Origin: Candidatus Bathyarchaeia archaeon
GTDB lineage: Archaea > Thermoproteota > Bathyarchaeia > 40CM-2-53-6
Length of the DNA stretch: 64,000 nucleotides
Direction: 5' to 3'
NCBI GenBank assembly: GCA_050013255.1
Contig: JBEKFP010000001.1
Location: 320,001-384,000, forward strand
Shown: piece after piece, positions 18,681-26,872 of the stretch
Layout: every line of letters begins with the position of its first letter
How positions within the stretch are numbered: position 1 is the first letter of the stretch
Position numbers and translations under genes: made by a program
Notes under the pieces: model-generated
Seen by the model: the letters and a program-made list of their open reading frames with translations, nothing else
What the model was told of the DNA's origin: nothing
Databases searched by the model: none

Positions 18681-19424
18681 ATGAGACGTTGGATACGAAA
18701 ATTACTGATTTCAGCCCTGCTCGTATTCCCAGTCATCTTCATCGCACTGACTTACCTCGAAGATCTTACCGAGACCGGTTCGGAAGGTCCAGTCGGGGGA
18801 ATCATCTCTTCGATGTTGAACCTTCCACAACTTGTGATTAACCTAGCTACGGCGGGGGGCTACGCGGGCATCTTCTCCCTCATGTTGCTGGAAGCCGCCG
18901 CTTTCCCGGTCCCCAGCGAAATAATTCTCCCACTAGCTGGGTACCTGGTTTCGCGAGGAACATTGCAGTTCTGGCTGGTTGTTGCGTACAGCACAGCCGC
19001 TGCAATCATAGGCTCATTCATCGACTACTTCCTAGGCTGGAAACTTGGCAGCCCGTTTCTAAGCGGACATGCAAGGTTACCCTACATCGATGCAAGGCAC
19101 CTGCAGAGAACCCGCGTTTGGTTCGAGAGGTACGGACCTATAGCGGTTGTATTATTGCGGTTGGTCCCCGCGGCGCGAGTCTTGATTTCGTTTCCAGCAG
19201 GCGCATACAGAATGAGTAAGTGGAAGTTCGCACTCTACACTACCGCGGGCTGCCTGCCTTGGAACATAACGCTCGTCTACTTGGGATGGTGGCTTGGGTC
19301 CTCGTGGGAAGAGGTCGTGGCAGCCTTCAGATACATCAATCTCGTCGTTTACGTTCTCCTAATTCTTCTCGCGATTTGGGTTGGCTGGAGGCTGACGGCG
19401 AAGAGCACGAAGCCCTACCGCTGA
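18681..19424 (+). CDS. DedA family membrane protein
   Basis: LEAAAFPVPSEIILPLAGYL, WFERYG, RLVP..R.LISFPAG. Confidence 0.9.
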   Translation: MRRWIRKLLISALLVFPVIFIALTYLEDLTETGSEGPVGGIISSMLNLPQLVINLATAGGYAGIFSLMLLEAAAFPVPSEIILPLAGYLVSRGTLQFWLVVAYSTAAAIIGSFIDYFLGWKLGSPFLSGHARLPYIDARHLQRTRVWFERYGPIAVVLLRLVPAARVLISFPAGAYRMSKWKFALYTTAGCLPWNITLVYLGWWLGSSWEEVVAAFRYINLVVYVLLILLAIWVGWRLTAKSTKPYR

Positions 19425-19432
19425 TTCATGCA

Positions 19433-19849
19433 TTAGTTTTCTTTTAAGGCTCTGTGAAGCTGATCCACCCGACGCTTCGTCACCCAGTCCTTGTGATGCC
19501 GGAAGCCGCCCCCGAAAGTTTTCGGGATATGCAACAATTCGTGGATCAAGGTTTTCTCTTTTTCTTCGTAGGGTAATGAGTCGTATTGCTCAGACAAGAC
19601 TTCAACTGCATAGTAAGCTGGTTCGCTCAAGGCTTGTTGCCAAATGCGTGGCAACGAGTGGACGCGAGCTATGACATGGCCTGCCTTTGACCCGTAGCTT
19701 CGGTAGCAGTAAACCCGGTTCTTCGGAATATGCGCGAAACCTAGCTTGTCTATGATGCCCCCTAGCATCTCGGAGACGTCGGATGCACGTTCGTAACGAA
19801 ATTGCATGGGCACTCGAGGGGTGCACGTATCTAAAATGTGATTGGCCAA
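19433..19849 (-). CDS. Putative metallopeptidase (HExxH)
   Basis: KTLIHELLHIP...RHH; true start may be ATG 19807. Confidence 0.8.
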   Translation of the reverse strand: MANHILDTCTPRVPMQFRYERASDVSEMLGGIIDKLGFAHIPKNRVYCYRSYGSKAGHVIARVHSLPRIWQQALSEPAYYAVEVLSEQYDSLPYEEKEKTLIHELLHIPKTFGGGFRHHKDWVTKRRVDQLHRALKEN

Positions 19850-19877
19850 GTTCTTTGAAATGATAGCCGAGTAGCGT

Positions 19878-20402
19878 TTAGGTTTTTGACTTAATCAGCG
19901 CGAGAGCCGTTTCCACCGCTTTCTGCGGAGTATTCTCTCCGAGTATCCGTTCGACCTTGCGATCATCGATGTAAGTGTCCACTAGCCGGTCAGCCATTCC
20001 CCCAGTACCTTTCAAGGCGATGATCGGTATCCCCTTCTGGTAGGCCGCTGCCACTTCGATCATAGTTCCCGCCCCACCGCCAACGATTATGATTGCATCC
20101 GCAGAGTAAGAGGTCACGAAATCCCTGGCGAAACCTATCCCAGTCGCAATTACGGCGTCGCAGAATTCGTTCGCCGCCCCTTTATCATCTTGAGGTACAA
20201 TGCCAATCACGAAGCCCCCACCGTCCTTAGCGCCGTGGCTAGCTGCCTCCATCACCCCGCCCAGCCCGCCGCTGATTAGAAGCGCGCCGCGCCTTGCAAC
20301 CTCCAACCCCACTTGGTAGGCCGCTTGGTATGCTGTCTCAGTGCAATGCTCTTTTGCGAATCCGATGACAAGGATTTGTACACGTCTGGGCATCCGGACC
20401 AC
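19878..20402 (-). CDS. TIGR00725/LOG-family Rossmann-fold nucleotide-binding protein
   Basis: GGLGGVMEAAS, IATGIGFAR, GGGAGTMIE. Confidence 0.88.
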   Translation of the reverse strand: MVRMPRRVQILVIGFAKEHCTETAYQAAYQVGLEVARRGALLISGGLGGVMEAASHGAKDGGGFVIGIVPQDDKGAANEFCDAVIATGIGFARDFVTSYSADAIIIVGGGAGTMIEVAAAYQKGIPIIALKGTGGMADRLVDTYIDDRKVERILGENTPQKAVETALALIKSKT

Positions 20403-20418
20403 TTGGCGAGTTCTGGAG

Positions 20419-21009
20419 CTACGGTATTGGCTCCGCTTCGATCCTTCTCCGTATCTCCGCCACTAATGTTTTCACTGATGCAAGTTGGATTTGGTCGAGT
20501 TTCGAGAGGATGTCTTCTACGATTAGCGCCTTTCGCACATGTACGTTTCCCAGCAAATACTCTTCGTAGGCCCAGAGAAGTGCCTCAATTTTGTCGGCGG
20601 CTTTCACAATGTTTACCTCAGTTAGGGAAGTTTCTCGACTCGCCCTGCGCAAACGAACGTACTCGTGGGCAAGGCTCGGCGGCAGGCTTCCCATCAAGTT
20701 CTCGAACCATTCAAGGGCACGGTTATCCAATTTCTCCGCGAAAGGCGCATCCTGGTGCTTGAAGGGGTGGTGAATGTCGCCGGTTCGGGCCTCCTCGGCA
20801 TCGTGCAAGAGCGCCATTCTAAGCAACCGCTCCACGTCAACTTTAGTGCCCTTCTCCTTTTCGAGGTCTGCTAGAACCATAGCGTACAAGGCCGTGAAGT
20901 AGGAATGTTGCGCCACATCTTCGCGGAAATGGCACTTGTAAACGCTGAACCTTCCCACCGTCATTAGCGACCTGATGGCTAGTAGGAAATCGAGGACTTC
21001 CGGTTTCAA
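20419..21009 (-). CDS. HD-domain 5'-deoxynucleotidase, YfbR-like
   Basis: EDVAQHSY, ALLHDAEEARTGDI, VKAADKIE. Confidence 0.85.
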   Translation of the reverse strand: MKPEVLDFLLAIRSLMTVGRFSVYKCHFREDVAQHSYFTALYAMVLADLEKEKGTKVDVERLLRMALLHDAEEARTGDIHHPFKHQDAPFAEKLDNRALEWFENLMGSLPPSLAHEYVRLRRASRETSLTEVNIVKAADKIEALLWAYEEYLLGNVHVRKALIVEDILSKLDQIQLASVKTLVAEIRRRIEAEPIP

Positions 21010-21048
21010 CAGTGTCCCTCAAGTCTAGGAAGAATCGTCTGGCGTATT

Positions 21049-21588
21049 CTATCTTTCTACGTGCCTCAAGCTTTTCTCCAGCGTAAGCGAGTTCAGCCGC
21101 TGGACTTCAGGAATGGCATAGTACTTGGTCAGAATTTCCTGCGGGTTACTCGATTCTCTGTACCCCTGCTTCTTGTAGAAGGAAATTGCCCAAGACGCCT
21201 TGGTGTAAGTCCCGATTATGATTCTAGTGGCCCTGTTCGAATTCGCTATGGTGTCTTCAATGCGAGTTTGCAAGAGGGTGCCGATGCCTCTCCCCTGCGA
21301 TTCAGGACGGGTGTAAGCATGCCTGATGAGCGCTACGTCTTCAACGAATTCGTACCCCATTACCCCGAGAACGCGGCCTTTTTCCTCGTATGCAAGGAAG
21401 GAGACGCTCTCTATTTCCCGTTGCAACTCATCCAGTGTCATCTGCGGGTCATGGTAAACGTGAGGCGGCAAGACAGGTTCGTACGCCTTCGCCGCCTCAT
21501 TGATGATTCTGTAGATTACCTCAAGGTCACGGGGGGAACATTCTCTTATGGTTCCACGAAGAGAGGACAACTCAATCAGGGGCTTCAA
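21049..21588 (-). CDS. GNAT family N-acetyltransferase
   Basis: Acetyl-CoA motif QGRGIG and AISFYKKQGY. Confidence 0.88.
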   Translation of the reverse strand: MKPLIELSSLRGTIRECSPRDLEVIYRIINEAAKAYEPVLPPHVYHDPQMTLDELQREIESVSFLAYEEKGRVLGVMGYEFVEDVALIRHAYTRPESQGRGIGTLLQTRIEDTIANSNRATRIIIGTYTKASWAISFYKKQGYRESSNPQEILTKYYAIPEVQRLNSLTLEKSLRHVER

Positions 21589-21936
21589 TTAGCTAGGAGT
21601 GTCTGAGACTGAAACGCCTCATTTTGGCGTCCCTCAACTATAAGCCGTTCAGTCTCAAAATAGGACCTCGAGTAGGGCTAAACCCCCCTTACCCGTCTTA
21701 TTAGGCCCAGGGCTTTCCCCCCGTATTCGTGCGAATTTAAGGGGAAATACGCTTCTGTAGCCGCCTAATAGACGCTCGAACATGTGAAATTCACCGCCTC
21801 AACTCATTCGGGGTACGCACGTGGTAGTGTCCAATTGAAAAATTGAGTCTCGTTCTTGAGAGAGAAACGAAGCCAGAACGCGATTCGCACGTCTTGGCTC
21901 AGGATAAGGGTCGCCTAACTATCTGGAGGTGATTGT

Positions 21937-22179
21937 ATGGCTAGAACGAGTATGCTCACACAAAAGTCGGTCGTTGCTGACGATACTCTCTCGATGCTTA
22001 CCGGCCAACCAAGGGGTGCTCTTTTGAGTTACACCGAACTTACCAAGATGATGCACCAGTACATCAGAACGAAACAACTAAGGCTCAAAGCTTGCCCGAG
22101 TTGCAACGCTCCAATCCCAGGCTACGCGACCTTCTGTGACAAGTGCGGTAAGGACGTAACACCAGCACCGATCCAGTAA
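21937..22179 (+). CDS. SWIB/MDM2-like domain fused to zinc ribbon (80 aa)
   Basis: GGAGGTGA RBS; LSMLTG...LSYTELTKMMHQYIRTKQL resembles the SWIB core; CPSC...FCDKCG; oligo-T tract downstream. Confidence 0.65.
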   Translation: MARTSMLTQKSVVADDTLSMLTGQPRGALLSYTELTKMMHQYIRTKQLRLKACPSCNAPIPGYATFCDKCGKDVTPAPIQ

Positions 22180-22204
22180 ACTCTGAAAAGTAGCGCAAGT
22201 ATAC

Positions 22205-22233
22205 CTTTTTTTCCTTTTTTTGTTTCTTTTTTT
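22205..22233 (+). terminator. Oligo-T terminator
   Basis: Three long T-runs starting about 25 bp after the stop at 22179. Confidence 0.7.
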
Positions 22234-22243
22234 GGCCTCTGAT

Positions 22244-23950
22244 TTAGAGGAGCTGCTGTCTGTCCAACATGAGTTCGCTCTCTGAGTAGTCGCGGCCGTA
22301 CATTTTCTTGACAATTAAGAACCTTCTTGATCGCTCTTGGAGCGCCCGTTCGTAGATTTCAATAACCCCATCAAAGACGCCTATGATTGTCTGAACGTCT
22401 TCCTTTGGAGCAATCGACGGATCGAGCGTGGCCAAGACTGTGAAACCGTTTGCCTTGCGTTTGGATACGAAATCGGACAGCCACTTTCGAGTTGTTAGCG
22501 CTTTGTTACGCAGAAGGAGGTCTGAGAGTAAATCGATGACGATGAGCTTGCCTGGCTCGTTCTTGATTTTAGATTCGATAATTTCATTTGAGGTTATGCT
22601 GAGGCCACTTAGGTCACCGACATCAGGTATCTTGAAGAGGTTCCCATGGCCGGACGCTATTCTGTCTGCTAATGGGTTCATGGCATAGAAGTTCTGTCCG
22701 AATCTTGTGGTAAAGTCCCGCGTTCTAGCCGTGTCATTTGACAAGTAGAAAGTCGACCTCCCAGCAGTAAGGCTTGCCTCAATCATCTTCCGAATGAGCA
22801 AGTCTCTCTCATCATACGATTGGGAGACGATCAACACAGCGTGACCTTCCGGGAGACCACCCGCCAACATGCCGTCAAGAGCCTTGTGTCCGGTCGAGAT
22901 GCTCGGCTCGGAAGAAGGCTTTGGACGCACAATATCCTTGGTCATCCCAGATTTAACTTGAGGTTCCATTATCGCCGTCGCCGAAGTTGTTTTTCTCTTT
23001 CTCGCGACAACAGCAATCGACGCGACCATGACAATGGCGACCAGCCCCCCGATTAATCCATACATACCAAATGGGACTTGGGCCAAGAGCGCAGGCTGGC
23101 CCACGACGGTCGTGCTCCGGCTTGCATTAGACGAACTACTTGATGCACTGCTAGTGCTGGTTGTGGAAGGTATTGCCATCGGAAATGTCAACAGGGTAAG
23201 GGTGACGGAACGGTAGTAATCCCAAGGGCAACCAGAACTGAAGCTCCCTGGTCCCGCGCAGAACTCCATAAACATCAAACCATCAACCCCAGAGACGCCG
23301 TATGTTCCTCCGACTGTTAGACTCCAATGGTCTGGATAGCCGGATTTCAAGAGAGCCCTAAATTCATAGGTCAGTGAATCGCCAACGGCCGCTCCGGCAG
23401 CCTCGACGACATGATATTGGGTCGCTCCATGGTCACGGACCAACTTTTGTGTGGTGGGGTCGCGGTAGGCTTCACTAGCTCCGGAACCTATGCCCCATGG
23501 CCAGAGGTAATTTGCGTAGAAGTACGGACTATAGCCGTTGGCACTCCAATAATATTCGAAATCAGGACTGACATCATTCAGGTTCGACAAGGCCGAAGAC
23601 CAATGTGTCTGAACCAGAAAATAGAGCCATGTATCGTCGTGTTTGAGTCGGACGGCTAAGTTCAGCGTGCTCACCGGTGCTTGGCCACAGCCTGAAGTAC
23701 ACTGGAGGGTGAGAGTAGTTTCCGGAGCATCTGACCATTCATCGCCGTAAACAGCCCCGTTCAATGTAACACTCTTGGTTAGTACTGGAACTTGGATCGG
23801 TACGACCGTCCCAACAATAGTTTGAGCTGGCGCACTGGCATTTGCAAAGGGGATGACGGAGCCAAGCAAGATTACTATGAACAGGGCGGCTCCGATACAT
23901 ATTCTCAAACTATTTTCCGACACGAATCTAACCGGTCGACGTTGAATCAT
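22244..23950 (-). CDS. Receptor-like protein: DOMON/CBM9-like ectodomain, Ser/Thr stalk, TM, degenerate KaiC/RAD55-like domain
   Basis: Signal peptide; VTLNG...EWSDA...LKHDDTWLYFLV; TM; TGHKALDGMLAGGLPEG, FDGVIEI, RFLIVKKM; Walker A replaced by SQSYDERD. Confidence 0.8.
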   Translation of the reverse strand: MIQRRPVRFVSENSLRICIGAALFIVILLGSVIPFANASAPAQTIVGTVVPIQVPVLTKSVTLNGAVYGDEWSDAPETTLTLQCTSGCGQAPVSTLNLAVRLKHDDTWLYFLVQTHWSSALSNLNDVSPDFEYYWSANGYSPYFYANYLWPWGIGSGASEAYRDPTTQKLVRDHGATQYHVVEAAGAAVGDSLTYEFRALLKSGYPDHWSLTVGGTYGVSGVDGLMFMEFCAGPGSFSSGCPWDYYRSVTLTLLTFPMAIPSTTSTSSASSSSSNASRSTTVVGQPALLAQVPFGMYGLIGGLVAIVMVASIAVVARKRKTTSATAIMEPQVKSGMTKDIVRPKPSSEPSISTGHKALDGMLAGGLPEGHAVLIVSQSYDERDLLIRKMIEASLTAGRSTFYLSNDTARTRDFTTRFGQNFYAMNPLADRIASGHGNLFKIPDVGDLSGLSITSNEIIESKIKNEPGKLIVIDLLSDLLLRNKALTTRKWLSDFVSKRKANGFTVLATLDPSIAPKEDVQTIIGVFDGVIEIYERALQERSRRFLIVKKMYGRDYSESELMLDRQQLL

Positions 23951-24123
23951 TACGATAAGCCTTTTCCCAGAGGAAACTGCTTGAGCATGGCAATTTAACG
24001 GTTTTGAGTGTTCGCAACGAACAGGGTGGCCTAGAACGCATCCTTCTTGTGTGGGTCTAATTGTGCGTACTCATGCTGAGGTGCGGCGAGTTCTGCTAGG
24101 GAACCTCCACTGAGACCCGTAAG

Positions 24124-24291
24124 TCAAGAATCTGAAGGCATTCTAGGGCGCTTGCCTGCCCCGTTGCAGGTCGGGCATTTCTGAAAGCGCCCAATGTCGT
24201 CCTTGCCGATTATCCAGGTTCCGCAACTACCCAAACATTTTAGGCATATGTCAGCGTCCGGTTTCTTGACTGAGAGTTCAGCAGATGGCAT
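24124..24291 (-). CDS. Small DnaJ-type zinc-finger-like protein (55 aa)
   Basis: GGTGA RBS before ATG 24291; CLKCLGSCG...CPTCNGAG. Confidence 0.6.
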   Translation of the reverse strand: MPSAELSVKKPDADICLKCLGSCGTWIIGKDDIGRFQKCPTCNGAGKRPRMPSDS

Positions 24292-24463
24292 ACTATCACC
24301 TTGGTCAATCGACGGGATTAAGCTGTGAGGCGTGGGAATTGTCGGCTGAGTTCTACGAAAGTAAGTCATGCTTCAAATTCTAATGCCCGCCCCATTGGAC
24401 CCACACACACGAAATTGACCGACGACCGAAATCCACAACTGGAAGTTCACTATAGACAATTCT

Positions 24464-25171
24464 GTGAACGCTGTGCCACGGATTCCGTTAATCGAGGATT
24501 TGACCGCTGGACCTATTCCGGCCGGTTCTTTTCTCGTGGTGGAATATGATGCCGCGTCGCAATGGTACAATGCGTCCCTAACCATCGCAGCTGAATGGCT
24601 AAGAACTGGAGGGCCGCTTGCGTACTATGTGGATACTCAGGCTCCTGACAGGATTCGCTCACGGCTAAGACAGTTAGGAGTGAACACAGATGCTCTCGAA
24701 AAAGGTGACCTTCTCAGGATTATTGACTGGTACACGGTCACGCTAGGTCAGAAATCTCAGGAAAAGTTCGCTTATGATTCGCTGAAAGTCGCGGATCTAA
24801 GCATCTGGTTTTCAAAGTTCCTGAAGGGCCCGCCCGAGGGCGCTTGGTTGAATATCGTGGACAACTATTCAACTTTGGCAAGGTTTAACGATGAGAAAGC
24901 TTGGGTCGAATTCGCGCTCACCCGAGCCATTCCAGCCGTTCTCCCGGGAGGACAAGTAGGAATCATAGGAATCATCAGAGGCGTCCATAGCGAATGGGCC
25001 ATCAAGCAGCTGGAAGCAGCCGTTGAAGGCGTACTCGACTTCAAACTTGAGGAAATAGGAGACGAGACAAGGAACCTCATTCGAGTTAGGAATATGCGGA
25101 ACGTAAGCTTTGACGCACGATGGCATCGTTTGAAAACTGCTGAGAACTTCGAAGTCACCCTAGAGAAGTAG
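24464..25171 (+). CDS. Stand-alone RAD55/KaiC-like protein lacking canonical Walker A
   Basis: IPLIEDLTAGPIPAGS, LRIIDWY, IVDN, GVHSE, EGVLDFK, IRVRNMR. Confidence 0.8.
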   Translation: MNAVPRIPLIEDLTAGPIPAGSFLVVEYDAASQWYNASLTIAAEWLRTGGPLAYYVDTQAPDRIRSRLRQLGVNTDALEKGDLLRIIDWYTVTLGQKSQEKFAYDSLKVADLSIWFSKFLKGPPEGAWLNIVDNYSTLARFNDEKAWVEFALTRAIPAVLPGGQVGIIGIIRGVHSEWAIKQLEAAVEGVLDFKLEEIGDETRNLIRVRNMRNVSFDARWHRLKTAENFEVTLEK

Positions 25172-25192
25172 GAAAGAGCTTGGGAGACTTGG

Positions 25193-25339
25193 TTATGGCG
25201 TATTCTTCTTTGGCGAACCGATACCGGTTTGGATTGTGTAGCTATTTTTCGAGTCAAACTCCACCAAGAAATTTGATCCCGGAGGGACCGTTCCGCTGAG
25301 TAGATCCTGGATTATTGGAATGCGGGGCAAATTGGCCAC
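25193..25339 (-). pseudogene. N-terminal fragment of a RAD55/KaiC-like paralogue
   Basis: Manual translation MANLPRIPIIQDLLSGTVPPGSNFLVEFDS... aligns with MNAVPRIPLIEDLTAGPIPAGSFLVVEYD of 24464; similarity ends after about 30 aa. Confidence 0.75.
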
Positions 25340-25483
25340 GTGGAGTTATCATGCAACAGGAGTTTGTAGCTTTTGTTTTCGTTTGTGTGAGTCTAATGGC
25401 GCGCAAACACACTACAAGATCCTCCTCGATTTCGGAATGAATTTTGCTAGCGCGTAGACAATCAATTCGCGTGTGGTTTTCAT

Positions 25484-26845
25484 TTGGTCAACAAACGCAC
25501 GGTCCGTATCACGTTTGCAGCCGTAATGGTTTTGATTGCACTCATTGGAGGAATCTTCTGGCAGAACCGCACTCTCGGTTGGAGCCACGAGAATCAAATC
25601 ACACAGGGTTCGGGAGATTCGAGGCTTGTCGATTTGACAACGGACCCTTCTGGTAATACGTTGCATTTGGTATGGGAAGACACCCGCGATAATAGTACTC
25701 AAGTTTACTACAAGCGCAGCGTCGATGATGGAGTAACTTGGGGTCCGGATATCAGACTGAGCAACTTGACAGCTGGAACCGTCGAGCCTGAGCCACGCAT
25801 AGGAACAGTTGGGAATACGGTTCTCGTATTCTTCTCGAACAAGACACATACCGGTGAGCACATATTCTATGTCTCCAGCGTCGACGGGGGGAACTATTTC
25901 TCGCCCCCAGCCCAATTAACCAATGACATAGGCGATCAATCCCATGCGGCCGTAGCGCTCGTTGGGTCCACGATTCATTTTGTCTACCAAGATCAGCTCA
26001 ACAATGGAGACGAACGCATCTTCTACACCAAGAGCTCCGACAAAGGCTTGACGTGGCAAGATCAAGTCGCATTAACAAACACACCTGAGGCACAAGATCA
26101 CTATCCGGCAATCGCGGCGGTGAATAATCGAGTGTTTGTAGCATGGTGTAGATATTATCAATACGATGAGGCCATTTACGCCAAAGCGAGCTTTGATTCA
26201 GGCGCGAACTGGAAACCTGACGTTCAGGTCTCAGAATACGCGCCACCATCATTCCAGGAATTTCCGGCCATCGGCTCGAACGGCACACAAGTGCACGTGG
26301 CATGGGACAGCCAAGGCATACAGTATTCGCAAAGCGAGGACTCAGGCATCACATGGTTTAATCCCATCCCCATCACGAACACCACCCGACAGTATCTCGC
26401 GCCACGGATTTCCGTTGTCAACTCTCATATCCAAATCGTGTCGGCAGCGATTTCCACAGTCGGGGCGCCTCCACGCATTAAGGTAGACTCCGATGTGTAT
26501 TACGTAAGCAGCTCAGACGGTGGTAAGAGCTGGATAAAACCACTCTCTCTTACAACGCACGAATTCGGAAGATTATCACTAGCACCCGTAATATGGAGCC
26601 AGGGAGACGTAACCTTCGTAGCTTGGGAGGACAATAGAAATGGCCGATTATCCATATTCTTCCTCTCCAACCCAGACTTTTCAGTATTGCGTGGTTTCGA
26701 GTGGCAACTGTTTGGTTTAACAGCAATCGCACTCGTCGTTACGATTATCGTCTACGTTGGTTTAGAAATCTGGATTCGCAGAACTGCGAGTCGTGGTAAG
26801 GTTCGTAGGCGGCGCTCGCGCCGCAAGAGCCAACAATCTAGTTGA
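25484..26845 (+). CDS. Membrane-anchored BNR/Asp-box (sialidase-like) beta-propeller protein
   Basis: Six S.D.G..W-type Asp-boxes; N- and C-terminal TM segments; basic tail. Confidence 0.85.
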   Translation: MVNKRTVRITFAAVMVLIALIGGIFWQNRTLGWSHENQITQGSGDSRLVDLTTDPSGNTLHLVWEDTRDNSTQVYYKRSVDDGVTWGPDIRLSNLTAGTVEPEPRIGTVGNTVLVFFSNKTHTGEHIFYVSSVDGGNYFSPPAQLTNDIGDQSHAAVALVGSTIHFVYQDQLNNGDERIFYTKSSDKGLTWQDQVALTNTPEAQDHYPAIAAVNNRVFVAWCRYYQYDEAIYAKASFDSGANWKPDVQVSEYAPPSFQEFPAIGSNGTQVHVAWDSQGIQYSQSEDSGITWFNPIPITNTTRQYLAPRISVVNSHIQIVSAAISTVGAPPRIKVDSDVYYVSSSDGGKSWIKPLSLTTHEFGRLSLAPVIWSQGDVTFVAWEDNRNGRLSIFFLSNPDFSVLRGFEWQLFGLTAIALVVTIIVYVGLEIWIRRTASRGKVRRRRSRRKSQQSS

Positions 26846-26872
26846 CGATGGTTTCGCTAGGTTTCCGGCAGA

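Noticed and set aside
21061-21606. 181-aa plus-strand ORF and similar long antisense ORFs (13234-13812, 25412-25915, 38736-39263)
   Set aside because: Shadows of well-supported genes on the opposite strand, with no motifs.
21630-21725. Minus-strand GGGGAAAGCCC ... ACTGAACGGCTTAT resembling RNase P RNA conserved regions
   Set aside because: The motifs are only about 70 nt apart, too short even for reduced archaeal RNase P RNA, and other conserved regions are missing.
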